Assembly (NCBI GenBank): GCA_964036045.1
Contig: OZ038378.1
Span: 147,126,001 to 147,190,000, forward strand
DNA length: 64,000 nucleotides
Direction of reading: 5' to 3'
Source: Eutreptiella sp. 'Long Island Sound 2002'
Lineage: Eukaryota; Protista; Euglenida
The notes below the pieces were generated by a model that did no database searches, was not told where the DNA came from, and was given only the letters and a program-made list of their open reading frames with translations. Made by a program: the position numbers and the translations under genes. Position 1 is the first letter of the stretch, and each line of letters begins with the position of its first letter. Positions 1 to 11,739 of the stretch are shown here, piece by piece.

Positions 1-116
1 GGGGGGTTGTTGCACAAGGCGGTCGCTGTGCAAGGGGTGGGCCGGGTACATAGGGCACTGCAGGGGCCAACCAGCGCCTCAAGCCTCACCACAATGACGC
101 GCATCGGGACACATAC

Positions 117-1602
117 GTCACGGTAAAGAAAGTTGTCGTACGGGAAGATCTCCAGATGCCGCTGCACGTTCTCTTTGGTGATGACCCCTGCGATGAACGG
201 TCGCGGGGTGCGCCCGCATGCGCGCAGGAGGTCGGTGTGGGGCTCGACACCCAACCGCACCACCTTGTCCTTTGGCTGGAATGTTGGTCCCTACTCATGC
301 CCTCGAACGCAGAAGCCTCCCATCACAACGCTTACCGTACAGCAACACATTCGAAGCAACATATCATGCGGCGCGGGGGTGATCCAACCTGATGGAACCT
401 GGAGGATTCAAGGGGGGTGTTGTTGCACGGTGCGGCACCTTTCTGATGTTTCTGGAGATCTTACCCGGTCAAGAGGCCCGCCGCAAGCCACTTTGGCGGG
501 TGTTCCCGAATGCTTGTGGATGGTCGCCAGAGGCCTTTGGATGACACCTGGTGTATACCGAAACTTTGCACCGTGGAAGGGGGGGGGCGTGCAACACCCT
601 CAAGGGGTACCCTTAATTTTGGGGGGGGGGGGGGGGGCAGACCAAGTTGAGCTGCCGTACCCTGCTCACTGTATGATACCCAAGTCAACCTCTCGGGATC
701 AACGTCCAGTTCACCGATGATCCCACAACTGCCTGTGCTAGCGGATCTGACACGGATCTGACACGCAGTTAAGATGAGCCGACTCTGATACCAAGGCTCG
801 ACATTTTCCTTAATTTTTCCACCACACAAAACAAATTCCCCTGACCCTCAATCCCTAGGGTCAGGGCGGGGCAAGCAGATAAGGCTGGCGGGCGCCACTG
901 CGCCCCTCCGTGCTGCACACCACTGGAGGCACTCACACCCATCCCCATCTGTGACATATGCCCTGCGGGTATGGTGCGGTCTTTGACTGGACCAAAATCC
1001 AGTCAAAGACTGGACTTTGGTCCTCCATTTCTTTCACTTACAGCGGAGGGCCTCGGGCTTTTCTGTTCTTTTTCATACTTTCTTTTTCGCGCGAACTGAT
1101 GTCGCAGTCAGGCACAGCCATAGAAGATCAAAGGGATGCGGGAGGGGCAAAGGGAGGCTGGGGCATGCCGTGCAAGAGGACCACACGGCGGTGACAGGCG
1201 GCGACCTGGGTCCGATGCACACGCGACGATGAACGTGCCGATGGTGAACGCCGTGCACATGGGCCCCGTCCAAATGTGGATGGTGTCCCGCGGGATCATG
1301 GGGTACACCTGCTGGTACCAGATGTACACGGAAACAGCCATGAGGATCACATACAGCGACTGAATCAACGGGTTCCGCCGCTCGCAACAGTAATGCTCCA
1401 CGTTGGCCCCGTAGTGGGAGCCCCGGTCTTTGCTGCAGCACAGCACCGTGCACAGGCAATGCACCAGCACGCTCGGGCCGTTGATCAACAACAGGTACAG
1501 TGTCCCCACAATGCCATCGCGGTGATACCGCGTGGGACCGCAAATGCATATGTACACGAGAACCGCCACCACAAAGATATACACAAACATGAGGTAATCC
1601 AT
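117..1602 (-). CDS. DHHC-type palmitoyltransferase (ZDHHC4/Swf1-like N-terminus), exon 1 (1602-1206) and exon 2 (187-117); gene continues beyond the left edge
   Basis: MDYLMF... has hydrophobic TM segments and NPLIQSLY. ...ACASDPG joins in phase 1 across GT(1205)...AG(188) to GVITKENVQRHLEIFPYDNFLYRD, followed by a GTATGT donor at 116. This is the SDPG-x-IT...YD segment that precedes the DHHC-CRD, which is itself not in the window. Confidence 0.8.
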
Positions 1603-1628
1603 TGTGGTGCAAAAGCGGAGGCGAGCCC

Positions 1629-1665
1629 CTAACAACACATGCGGTAGGCCAGGCAAGAAGAAAGG
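1629..1665 (-). promoter_or_regulatory. Pyrimidine tract plus AG, candidate (trans-)splice acceptor upstream of the DHHC ATG
   Basis: The minus strand reads CCCTTCTTCTTGCCTGGCC...TTGTTAG, ending 27 nt before the ATG at 1602. Confidence 0.4.
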
Positions 1666-1698
1666 GCTTCGGTCCAGCTCAATACCTCAATCACCATG

Positions 1699-3812
1699 CT
1701 ATCCTTCAGAGGGAAGAAAGGCATGGGAGTGGAGCCCACGGACCTGCTGGCCCTTCAAGCTTTCGCAACGGATGACCAGCGGATCAGGGCCGCCATGCCG
1801 TCGGTAGAGCAAGAGACCACCCCTCAGACCAATCAGGTCGGAGGGGCAATTGCTCGAGGGTTGCCGGGCCGTGGCCATCCAGCCGACCATGTGCTGCTTC
1901 GTGTCTGCACGCCACTGAATCGCACTAACAGAGCAGTCCAGTTCCTCCTGAATATTCCAGCCTGGCACCATTGATTGCGCCATCGATTGACTGTCCGCAG
2001 ATGATTGTTGTTACACAAGACATGCCCATGCCTCCATTCCAATGGGGCCCGCCCTGTACCAACGCGAAATTGGGTGAGCGCCCAACACTGCCAGTGGCAG
2101 AAAAACTCCAAAGCAAAATCGAGAGCAGTTTGCCAGATTGGCAGCGCTGCTGAAAACTTAGGCTTACTGAGGCTGAGAGGGTGGCCACGTGCCAGTGGCA
2201 AAACGGGGAGGAGGCAGTGATAATCAAGTGTGGGTCAGGCCAAAAGGGAAGACAGAAGGGCAAGGGGGCGGCGCGAGAAACGGCTGACAAACTGAAGCAG
2301 ACGGGAGAGGCTGCCATGAATGAAGGACACGAAGAGTGCGCGCTACTGGTGTGTGTTCAGTGGCTGCATTGTACCGAAGCAAAGGATCATCAACCAGACC
2401 CTTCTGTACCCTTCGCTCCAAATCCCGGCTGTTGATGCCCCAATCCCGCAGCGTCCAAAACCCCCCATCGTTGTTGCCTTCGTGGATCTGCGTGTCGCAT
2501 GCAGGGGCTGCAATGAATCCTGTCCACACAACCTGAAGGGTTTTTTTTTTTTACTGACTCCAGAAGTTCAAAGAGTACTCAAGACTGTGCTTCGGAAAGT
2601 GGGTGACTCCAGCATATGAGCATATGATACAGTGGATCCCCGCAACGCGGGGCACATGGCAAAGACCCAGAGTTCACATGCGTATACCAGAGGGCTCTCT
2701 CGGTAGGCAAACCGCCACGCCATAAGGCAAACCTGTAATGTGTTAGAGTAAAGGGGAAAGAGTAAAGGGTGACAAGCTTTCGTCGCTTTGCAAGGGCCAT
2801 GTCCGGTGGCGGCCGTTGGCCCACGATTCCGGGTCTTGTGCGACACTGGCGCTCAGCCAGAGGCGACTCCACTCGGTGGGCGGCGCAACCTGAAGGGGTT
2901 GTTTGGCCGTCCACTTGTTCGCTCCCATTGCACTGTTAGCCCCGCCCGTGCACTTGCGCGCGCATGATACTGCATTGCTGGGGGTGGGGGTGGGGGGTGG
3001 GGGGGGGGGGGCAGCTTCGTGGACATTGCAAAGAGCTGTCGCAGAAAAAATGGAGCAGTGCGATGAAAAAAATACCACACCTCATAACAATTTCACACAC
3101 AAACCAATGCAAATTGGAATAGGGTTCTGGAGCAAAATTGCATCATCAACCCATGGCACTTAGTGGCGGGATGGTCTCCACGGTGGTTGTAGGGCGTGTT
3201 GGTGCCAGTTTGAACAGGCTTACTGAGCACTGGACGTAGCATAGTCCCCATGCACCAACCAGTTGGCAATCCTTGCTTGAGGGCGGCCTAGTATTTGAAG
3301 GGGGGGGGGATTGGTTTTTTTGGTGTGCTTTCAGTGAACAAAGTCCGACCGCTGCCCAGGTGAAGTCTCCTCACAAAGAGAGCGGGACACCAAAAAGAAA
3401 GGAGAAGGCGCAGGCGCAGCCACTACCGATCCCGATCGCAACAAGGGCGGCCAAAATGGCATCCTTCTCGGTGTAAGAGCGGACCTTCGGACACTTCGAA
3501 CATATCCTCCAGCACTGTGGCCGCACTTTGCCCAGCAGCAATGAGGCGGGCAGCACAGCGTGATGCCAACGGCCGCTTGTCCGACCCGATGGCAAGAATC
3601 AACACCTCACGTGCGTCACAATTCTGCACCAAAGTCTCGCAGGCATCGGAGACACGGCACAATACACTCCGCAATACTTGCGGTGCACTACGCTTGTTGG
3701 CACGATGTGCATCTACGTGCTTTGCCAATTTGACGAATCCTAGCTTGAAATGCGGGTCGCCCGAATCTGCATTTCGTTCTTCGCCCACCACTTGCACATC
3801 TTTGGGTTCCAT
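1699..3812 (-). CDS. Two-exon hypothetical protein, about 196 aa (exons 3812-3485 and 1961-1699)
   Basis: MEPKDVQ...MFEVSE G|GT donor at 3484 joins in phase 1 to CCAG|GC TGG (GWNIQEELD...HAFLPSEG*). Both pieces are protein-like in composition. Family not recognised. Confidence 0.6.
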
Positions 3813-4384
3813 GGACGCCCGTGGCACGGAACGCAATGCAATTTCTCCCGGGATTCACCACCACGTGCCATTCCGGTGCAATGGGGGTCCAAGGAAACGG
3901 TCTCCATACTGTCCACATGTGTCTAATGAACCTTCTCGGGTGCATGCTGCATCACGGGACATTGACCACGCAAGGGATTGACAATCGGAACACCAAATGG
4001 CAGTGCTGGTGTGCACTTCTAATCGGCACCTAGGGCAAGAGCGCTACCCTCTGCCTCTGGGCACTTGTTGGAACCTCATCCTCCCCATCCATCTCTCTAG
4101 GAGGAGGCGCATCAGCATGGCAGCCCGGGCAGGTGCAGCAGCGGCAGAAAAAAATTGAGAAAACTTGGCACTTGGCACTTGGGCTTGGATGGCGGGACTA
4201 TGCCTGCCTTATGTTTCTTGCCCTAGCAATGGAGGGGCGAGCTGCCGTGTCTCCAGACCTGCCAAAATTCCATTCAATTCCACGGACTTGTAGTGTGGTT
4301 CGCCCATGCAGCGTCCAGCGTCCTGTGAGGAAGAAAGCAAGGGAGATGACATGTGCTGGGTCTACAATGGAAAGCACAATCAGG

Positions 4385-4720
4385 CCCCTGAATTCTGCAC
4401 CCTGTAGCACCAGCCCCAGTTGGTGCAACAAGAATTTTTTTAATTTAATGTGATGCTTGCCACAAGTCCTCGGGTCTTGAATTCTGCACCCTGCAGCCCC
4501 TACTGGTGCTCCGGGAATTTTTTTGTTTTTAATGGGATGTTTGCCACAGGTCCTGGGGTCATCAATTCTGCACAGTGCAGCCCCTACTGGTACACCGCCA
4601 TTTTTTTTGTTTTTAGTCTGCTGTTTGCCACAGGTTCTGGGGTCATCAATTCTGCACCGCGCAGCCCCTACGGGGACACCCGGAATTTTTTGTTTTTGTC
4701 TGATGCTTGCCACAAGTCCC
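4385..4720. repeat. Tandem minisatellite, about 4 diverged copies of an ~81 bp unit
   Basis: AATTCTGCAC...GCAGCCCCTAC...TTTTTTG...TTGCCACA recurs at about 81 bp spacing. Confidence 0.85.
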
Positions 4721-5314
4721 TACCCTGTCCTACTCAGTGATGAAATATGCACAATCCATACATCCTGTGAAAGCAAGGCAAGGAGCAGAATGGGGCAGGG
4801 GCAAGGGCAGTTTTGGAAGGAGACCAGTTCATGACATGCAATGTGCAAAGAGGTGATCCAAAACATTGACTGATTTGGTGCAAACAACACCAAATCCGTA
4901 CAAGTTGTTGTCGTCGAGAATAACATTCCAAATGCTACAGTTTGACCGTGACAGTTTGTTTTCGCGATCAACCCCCGAGAGAGAGAGGGGGGGCGGGCTA
5001 TGAAATTCGTCTCCAAGTGCGATTTCCACCACCCCACCTGGACAATGACGGTGAAACGGGTCCCGTGCTTACCCAGGGGAGGGGGGTCAGCATGCTCTGA
5101 GCAACATTGAGGCCTGGCCAAAACACTGGGGGGCAGAAGAAACGGACGAACTACCGCGGACGTAGACCCTTGAAATGCCCACATGCACGTGAGGAGGTAT
5201 AGGGCGTTTGATAATGTGATAGCGACTCAAAGATGTGGAACAGGCCGGGATTATGGACGTAAAATGGTGACTTGGGTGGAACGAAGGGTGTGTGTACAGA
5301 CCCCTGCAACCCTA

Positions 5315-5888
5315 AAAATGCTATTGCCTTCGGCAGTGCACCTCAAAGAGAGGCTGACAGTCAGCCAATCAGTCAGTTCGTTAGGCAGGCAGTCAGTCAG
5401 ACAGTCAGTCGGGCAAGCAGGCAGGCAGACAGAAACACAAAGTTTGGGTTTTTTCAGTGGCAGACTTGGCTTCAAGCAGTGGGGAGGATGGATAGTGTCA
5501 AAACCAGAACGGTCGAACGGTAATGCATCCGACCGCAGGCGTGCAGATCGGCGGTTCGAATGCCGGTTGGCCGATTGCCGGCGGTGCCGGCTGACCAGTC
5601 ATGTGTGCCCACTCTGACCCTCGTTCAAACCCTGCTGAGCACAAACTTCTGAGCACAAACTATAGACCCCCCCCCACCCCCAAAAAAGTGATATCCAGTT
5701 TCAGGGGATAGAGGCCTCAGAATCAAAAAATCCTTCGGGGGATTGTCTTATAGGGCAAAATGATGATTTTACAAGGGGTTGACATCCAATATCATGCCTT
5801 GGGGTATGCTACGCGAATGACCCCCAAAAATGGGGGAATAAGACGCCTGCGCCTGCGCTTGATCCAACAACCTCTCTTCGAGGTGATT
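5315..5888 (+). mobile_element. Composite SINE-like repeat (family S) with tRNA-Cys-like module at ~5500-5572
   Basis: Block R1 (CTATTGCCTTCGGCA..CACCTC..GAGAGGCTGACAGTCAG, CAGT/CAGG microsatellite), then A/B-box module, then block R2 (GAGCACAAAC..TGACCCCC..GGTATGCTACGCGAATGACCCC..GCGCTTGATC.AACAACCTCTCTTCGAGGTGATT). These blocks are shared with copies at 8790, 9590 and 41390. Confidence 0.7.
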
Positions 5889-6480
5889 TAGAGCACGCCA
5901 CTGTTCAGCTCTGTCTCCTCTTAGAACAACTCAGGTGGGCCGATGAAGCCACAATATGTTCATATACAGTGATGTAATCCAGGTTCTGAGCCTTTGTTTG
6001 TGTACATCAGGACCACCCTAGGCCGCAGCCATGCTGTAGGCACATCTACAACATGTGTGCACTCTCACTGTGTGCATGTGAGCAGAAGGTGTCTACTTGT
6101 AGGAAACAGCATGTACAGACCACCGACCACCCTGTACAACCCCCCCAGACCTGCCCCCTTCCAAGGCACACCAGGGGCGCTTCATGCCATACATGGGGCT
6201 GCCAGGGGGGGGCTGTCACCCACCGCAATTCGAAGGAGCAGCATACGACAGCCATTGAGAAAGTCCAACATTCGGGCGAAATGGAGGGCCGGCATTAAAG
6301 GGCAAGGACTCGACCACCAGTGAGGTCCGTGCTCCTGTCTGCACAATGCAGACGCTTGTCGCGCCCAATCTTGCACGCTGCGTGCCGCGGTGGTTTGAAT
6401 GCCGGTCGGTGGGGGGTCTGTGTCCTTTTTGGCAACCTGCTCAATGCCCGTTAGTCCTGCTGATGAGCCAGACCATGATA

Positions 6481-6843
6481 CCGCCCCCTTGTAATAGCTA
6501 CGCAAAAGTCCCAAATTAATACGGTCCCTTCGCCTACCGTGGCTTGGAGGCCGTGGACGCCCAGGTTCACAAAGAGAAGATTGCACGGTGAGCTGGTACC
6601 AGAAAGGGGAATATCATGCACAAATATCCCCAAAATCAGAGTTATGTGGGTTCACTTGGGCAAACACTCATAACAAATGTATCCATGACTCTATGTAGCT
6701 GGCAAGTTTGTCACCGAACCCATGTCTTATGTGTCTTATGTGGCTGCACTACATTGGTACCGAATTAAATTGGGTCCCAAAATTAATACGGTCCCTACGC
6801 CCGCTGTAGTTTGGACAAGGGGGTGGCTATTACAAGGGGGTGG
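6481..6843. mobile_element. MITE-like element with CCCCCTTGTA terminal inverted repeats
   Basis: Left end CCGCCCCCTTGTAATAGC, right end GCTATTACAAGGGGGTGG. The interior is homologous to 62419-63191. TSD not resolved. Confidence 0.7.
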
Positions 6844-7351
6844 GGGGGGGGGGGGGGGGCACTGTGCCTGCCCACTGTTTTCCCCAACCATCGATTGCCA
6901 CCCCTTTGCAATCACTCAAACAACGCAGCGGTAGACAGGACAAGGTGTCCATCGAGGGTTGTTGTGACGGCAGGTTCAAAGATGTCCAGTCAATCATGGC
7001 CTCGGACGGTCCACAACCGCCTTCTTTTGGCCGACAACCAGTGCCGAGCCGCCCACGCATGCAGGACAAGAGGTCCAAGGCCCCTGCCCATGACCTCCAT
7101 CATCACCTCTGAAACGGCGTGCACCCCCTCTTTACTCCCCCACTGGACGAACACACTCCTGTGGAGCCATGGGTGGGACGACAAAGGGTGGATGGGACCA
7201 CAAATACTCAGGCTCGCGCACCGCGGACTCCCTCAAACAATCTCCTGCCAATGGCCGACGGCAACCGAAGGTAACCGACGGTGGTTGAGTTGTGTTGGGT
7301 GCTGCCCAAGGGCGCTCCTTGGCCTTCTCTGCTTCTGCTAAACACTTGGAG

Positions 7352-7566
7352 GAGGGATGCATTAGAAGGGAAGGGACCCGCGAAGCGGCCCCAGAAGCGG
7401 TTAGACAGGCGGTTGGAGAAGGTTGCCGAAGCGGTTGGGGGCGGTTACTGTGGGTTTCACACGGAAGCTGGCACTTGCCGTCAGGGGGGGCAGTGGCTGG
7501 GCGTAGGCTGGGCACCCTGGGAGGGGGGGGGGGGGGGATTACCCCCCCCCTTCCAATGCATCCCTG
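7352..7566. mobile_element. hAT-like MITE, TIR (C)AGGGATGCATT
   Basis: AGGGATGCATTAGAAGG ... CCTTCCAATGCATCCCT. The 8 bp flanks ACTTGGAG / GCTTGGAG match 7/8. The TIR resembles the Ac terminus CAGGGATG. A homologous copy lies at 39874-40082. Confidence 0.75.
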
Positions 7567-7600
7567 GCTTGGAGTGACAGCACCCACCAATGAGCCCGCC

Positions 7601-8200
7601 TCATTCAAAAACCTTCTCGTACTCCCTAAGCCCCGGGAGCTCCTTGTAGAGGACCTCGTCAAACAAGGTCTCTGTGAATGCCTTGTAAGGGGGCGACACC
7701 ATCCGGAGGCAGCTCTGCATCGGGGGCGACACCGTGTCGAACACCTCGGCGAAGGCCCGCGCCGTCGCGGCCGCGTGGCCCCGGGGGTCGGCTGCCGGGC
7801 GCGGGAAGCCCGCGGACTTCTCCGTCCAGAGCAAATCGAACTCCAGCGCGGCGTTGGGGTCCATTTTGATGAATAGGGTAAGCAGCCCGACCACGACCCC
7901 CGGGACCTGCTCCTCGAAGCGCGCCTGCACGGCGGCAACCAGCGCCACGTGGAAGGCCACGTAGGCCCGTTGGTCCGCGTTGAGCCCGGCAAGGCCCGCC
8001 AGAGCCGCCCTCACGTCTGCCAGGGTCTCGGCGATCTCTGCAGCTCGTTTCTCGGGGTCGCTGGACAGAACGGTCCTTGACTGAGAGATGGACTGCACCA
8101 TTTTGGTGGCGCCCTCGTGCAATGTGGCGTCCTGCTCCACTCGGTCAAGGAATGATGTATCCAGATCGAGTTCCGGGGCGGGTCCTGTGCAACGGGACAT
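7601..8200 (-). CDS. Intronless hypothetical protein (~199 aa), paralogue of 12979-13662
   Basis: Open frame MSRCTGPAPELDLDTSFLD...VLYKELPGLREYEKVFE*. It shares the blocks DTSFLD, LNxDQRAYV, QARFEExVPGV, PRGHAxATA and VLYKELPxLRE with the second copy. Confidence 0.75.
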   Translation of the reverse strand: MSRCTGPAPELDLDTSFLDRVEQDATLHEGATKMVQSISQSRTVLSSDPEKRAAEIAETLADVRAALAGLAGLNADQRAYVAFHVALVAAVQARFEEQVPGVVVGLLTLFIKMDPNAALEFDLLWTEKSAGFPRPAADPRGHAAATARAFAEVFDTVSPPMQSCLRMVSPPYKAFTETLFDEVLYKELPGLREYEKVFE

Positions 8201-8789
8201 GACAATGAAATGGAAGCGCACCGGACGGTGAGACGAAGGGAACATGGAGTGCAAAGGACCTTTGACGGTCCAGCCACCGGTGCTGCACATGGGGATGATC
8301 GCGAACCACAATATGCCAGGCACTCTCCCGAAGGGCGCTCACTCATTCAAAAAGGTGGGGGGGGGGGGGGGGGGTTGCAAGTGGATGACCATACAATGAA
8401 TCATATTTGGGCAGCAACGGACGGCGGTCTGGCGGTGGCCGACGCCAGTTGGAGGGTAGCCGATGGTGGTTGAGTTGTTTTGGGTGCCGCCGAAGGGCGC
8501 TCCTAAGAGAAAGAAAAGTGAAAAGAAAGGACAGCGTGATAAAGCAGCGCCCTTCTCTGCCTGTCCAGTGTGCGAGGCCCGTTCTGGAACCCTCCACTCC
8601 ACCCTAGCGCACCGACGAAAATTCTATTGCCTTCCAAGCACCTCGAAGAGAGCAAGAGAAGAGCCCCCGGCTACATGGGCGTAGCGGCCACTACGTGGGT
8701 CCCCATGGGTGCTCAAGTAGCCGCAGTGTCATCAAATGATCACCCAAACCCATCCGAGGGGCGGCAGGAGGGTTTTGGAAAAAGTCGAA

Positions 8790-9410
8790 TTTTTGAAAAT
8801 TCTATTGCCTTCAGCAGTGCACCTCGAAGAGAGGCTGTCAGTCAATTAGACAGGCCAGCAGTCAGTCAGACAGAAACACACACTTTGGGTTTTTTTTTAA
8901 CGGCAGACACGCGTCCAAGCAGTGGGGAAAACAACTGTCTCAGAACCGGCAGTGGCCGAATGGTAATGCAGGCGACCGCAGGCTATATGGTCGGCGGTTT
9001 GAACCCCGGTGCGGCCAGTATGGCAGCCACCGGCGCCGACGCCGGCACCCACCAGGATTTGAACCGCCGACCGAAAAATCTGCGGCTAGGTGCGTTACCA
9101 TTCGACCGGGGGAGGATGTGACACACAAGTCTCTCCCATTGCTTGGAGCCTTCTCAGCGAAAACTTTTGACCCCCCCCCACCCCCCCCACCCCCCCCTCA
9201 AAAAAGTGTTATCCAGTTTCAGGGGATAGAGGCCTCAGAATCAAAAAATCCATTGGGGGATGGTCTTATTGGGCAAAATAATGATTTTACAAGGGGTTGG
9301 ACATCAAATATTATGCCTTGGGGTATGCTACGCGAATGACCCCAAAAAAGGGGGGTATAGACGCCCGCGCCTGCGCTTGATCTAACAACCTCTCTTCGAG
9401 GTGATTTTTC
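8790..9410 (+). mobile_element. Family S copy with two inverted tRNA-Cys-like modules (8946-9017 plus, 9043-9112 minus)
   Basis: Same R1 and R2 blocks as 5315-5888. The modules read GTGGCCGAATGGTAATGCA..CCGCAGG..GGTTTGAACCCCGG and, on the minus strand, GTCGAATGGTAACGCA..CCGCAGA..GGTTCAAATCC. Confidence 0.7.
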
Positions 9411-9589
9411 AAATGCCACTAGATAGCCTAAACAACAGCAATTCCGGGACTTTCGAGGGGCCCATGGCCCAGGCTACATGGGCCTAGCAGCCACGATGCG
9501 GGTCCCCGTGGATGCTCAAGTACCTGGGTTGTCACCAAATGATCACCCAAACCCATCTCAGGGGCAACGGAGGGGTTTCAGAAAAGGTC

Positions 9590-10075
9590 GAATTTTTGAA
9601 AAATTCTATTGCTTTCGGCAAGGCACCTCGAGGAGAGGCTGACAGTCAGCCAATCAGTCAGTCAGTCAGGCACGCAGTCAGTCAAGCAGTCGATCGGGCA
9701 AGCCGGTAGGCAGACAGGTAGGCGGAAATGCACAGTTTGGCTTTTTTTTAGTCGCGGACTACATCTATAAACGGTGGGGACTATAGTGACGCAGGGCCAA
9801 TAGGTGAACGAGTGGTAGAACACTCGCTTTTAGCCGGAAAAGACGTCCGTTCGATTCCCGGCCAGCAATCGCCAGCGCGGGTGGATCAAGCTATTTTTTT
9901 TCACCCGAGGCTAGTTCAAATCCCTCTGAGCACAAACTTTTGACCCCCCCCCCTCCGGACCCCTCCCCTGAAATGTGACATTCAGTTTCAGGGGGATGGA
10001 GGCCTCAAAATCAAAAAATCCATTGGGGGATCGTTTTGTCAGGCAAAATAATGATTTTTACATGGGGTCAGACAT
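9590..10075 (+). mobile_element. Family S copy with tRNA-Gly-like module (~9795-9866), tandem to the previous copy
   Basis: R1 + GAGTGGTAGAACACTCGC...GTTCGATTCCCGGCCAGC + truncated R2. The upstream block 9440-9600 is homologous to 8660-8800. Confidence 0.7.
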
Positions 10076-10084
10076 CTAGGTCAA

Positions 10085-10725
10085 GCAGCGATCACGATAG
10101 TACCTCCACACATCATCATCAACATCCCCCACCCGAATCTAGAGCAACATGTTGTAGAACTCATCCGCAGCACCTTGCCTGAAAGGTCGGCTGAGCACCA
10201 CCACGTCCTCAAACTCGAGATATGCCGCACACCCTTGGGCCTCGACCGTTCCCCCGACGGCACCTTCGCGGACGTACAGATGACGGCATTGGTCAGTGGG
10301 ATAAAAATGAGGAGATTGTCCAACAGTCCAAGGTGAACCCATAACTCAATGTTCCGTGGCCCTTTTGGACACCATACCCTTGTTGCTTCGCTTGAGTACA
10401 AATGGACTAGCATGCACGCGGAAGTGAAAAGCTAGGGGACCTTCCTTGCCTAACCGTGCTGCACATAAAATAATGAGGAGACCCCAACCGTGAACTCATT
10501 AGACACAACATAGCGTTGGGGTGATCAAGCCGCGGTGATGCCGCCGCCCCCACCATTGCTGTTGTGTGTGATGGGGACTGCAGGTGCTAGAAAGTCTTAT
10601 TGCATGAGAGGGACCATCAAGACGCTTGCACCGACAGCGGCAGCCATGAAGGAGAAAATGGTCCGGTGGGCTTAACTGCACCAACCGGCATTGCGGCCAG
10701 CAACATCCGCGGTGTGACGTTAATA
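10085..10725. pseudogene. Fragmented PIF1-family helicase remnant
   Basis: Plus strand: LCVMGTAGARKSY (Walker A-like, ~10565-10600), then after a frameshift VGLTAPTGIAASNIRGVTL (~10665-10722). Minus strand: FEDVVVLSRPFRQGAADEFYNML (motif IV-like, ~10142-10212). Confidence 0.7.
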
Positions 10726-11739
10726 TCGTGCCTTTGGGTATGCTACGCGAACGACCCCCAAAAAGGGGGGTGTACGCGCGTGCGCTTGCTCTTCGAGGTG
10801 ATTTTCACCCAACGCATGCCAGCCTGGAAATGGCTAAGTCCTCACCGGCAAGGGCCCATACTTGGGGGGCCAACCAAGGGGGGGGTACCCAAAGGTTGGA
10901 CCCGGGACCCCTGCTAATGGTTAGGGGGTCCAGATACAAGAAAACAGTTCCTGGGGTCCTGGGTCCAAATCCACACACAGCGGCTGCAATCCGCAAGGAT
11001 TTTTCCACCCCCACCCCCTCCCCCTCAAAAAGGGGGTGCCCAGGTATAGGGGATCAATGGTCGGTAACGATCGCCTGGAAGTCCCCGCCATAGACACTTT
11101 TAGCCATTAGTTCCGTGGTTCTTGCACAGCACCCAGGTACGGGGGGGTAGGGGGGTCAAAATGGAAAAATTCATTGGGGGATCATCTTGTGTCCCAAAAT
11201 GATGATTCTACAAGGGGTTTGACATCCGATACCATGGCTTCAGGTATGCAACGCAAATGACCCCAACGGGGGGGGGGGCGGGGTATATGGCGCCTGCGCC
11301 TGCGCTTGATCTAACAACCTCTCTTTGAGGTGATTGTTTGCCGTCTAGGCCCGCTGTAGGGTTCTCATCCTTTTGTGGGTGTCTGTCAACGGCCAGGCGG
11401 CGGGCAACTGCAGGGGCTATACTACCCCCCCTTTGCAATGTACTCGCTGGTGCGTGATTGTTCCCTCAAACCCCCGAGAAAACACGCCCAAACTGGCCAG
11501 TGGGTTCCCTCTCCCCCCATGAGGGGATTTAAAAGAGGGTTCCCTCTCCCCCCATGAGGGGATTCAAAAGAGGGTTCCCTCCCCCCCATGAGGGGATTGA
11601 CGTGTGGCACAAAACAAGACATGCACACAAGAGCATAGGATGCACAAAATGACCAAGAAACAGCAAATCACAGTGTGGTCTATGGTGGAATCTTCGTCAA
11701 ATGACAGTATGGGCAGGGAACTGGTTCTTTATCCGCTGG

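Noticed and set aside
8946-9017. Functional tRNA genes here and at 5500, 9795, 15630, 19389, 41655 and 53221
   Set aside because: Acceptor, anticodon or T stems do not pair, so they are called only tRNA-derived modules.
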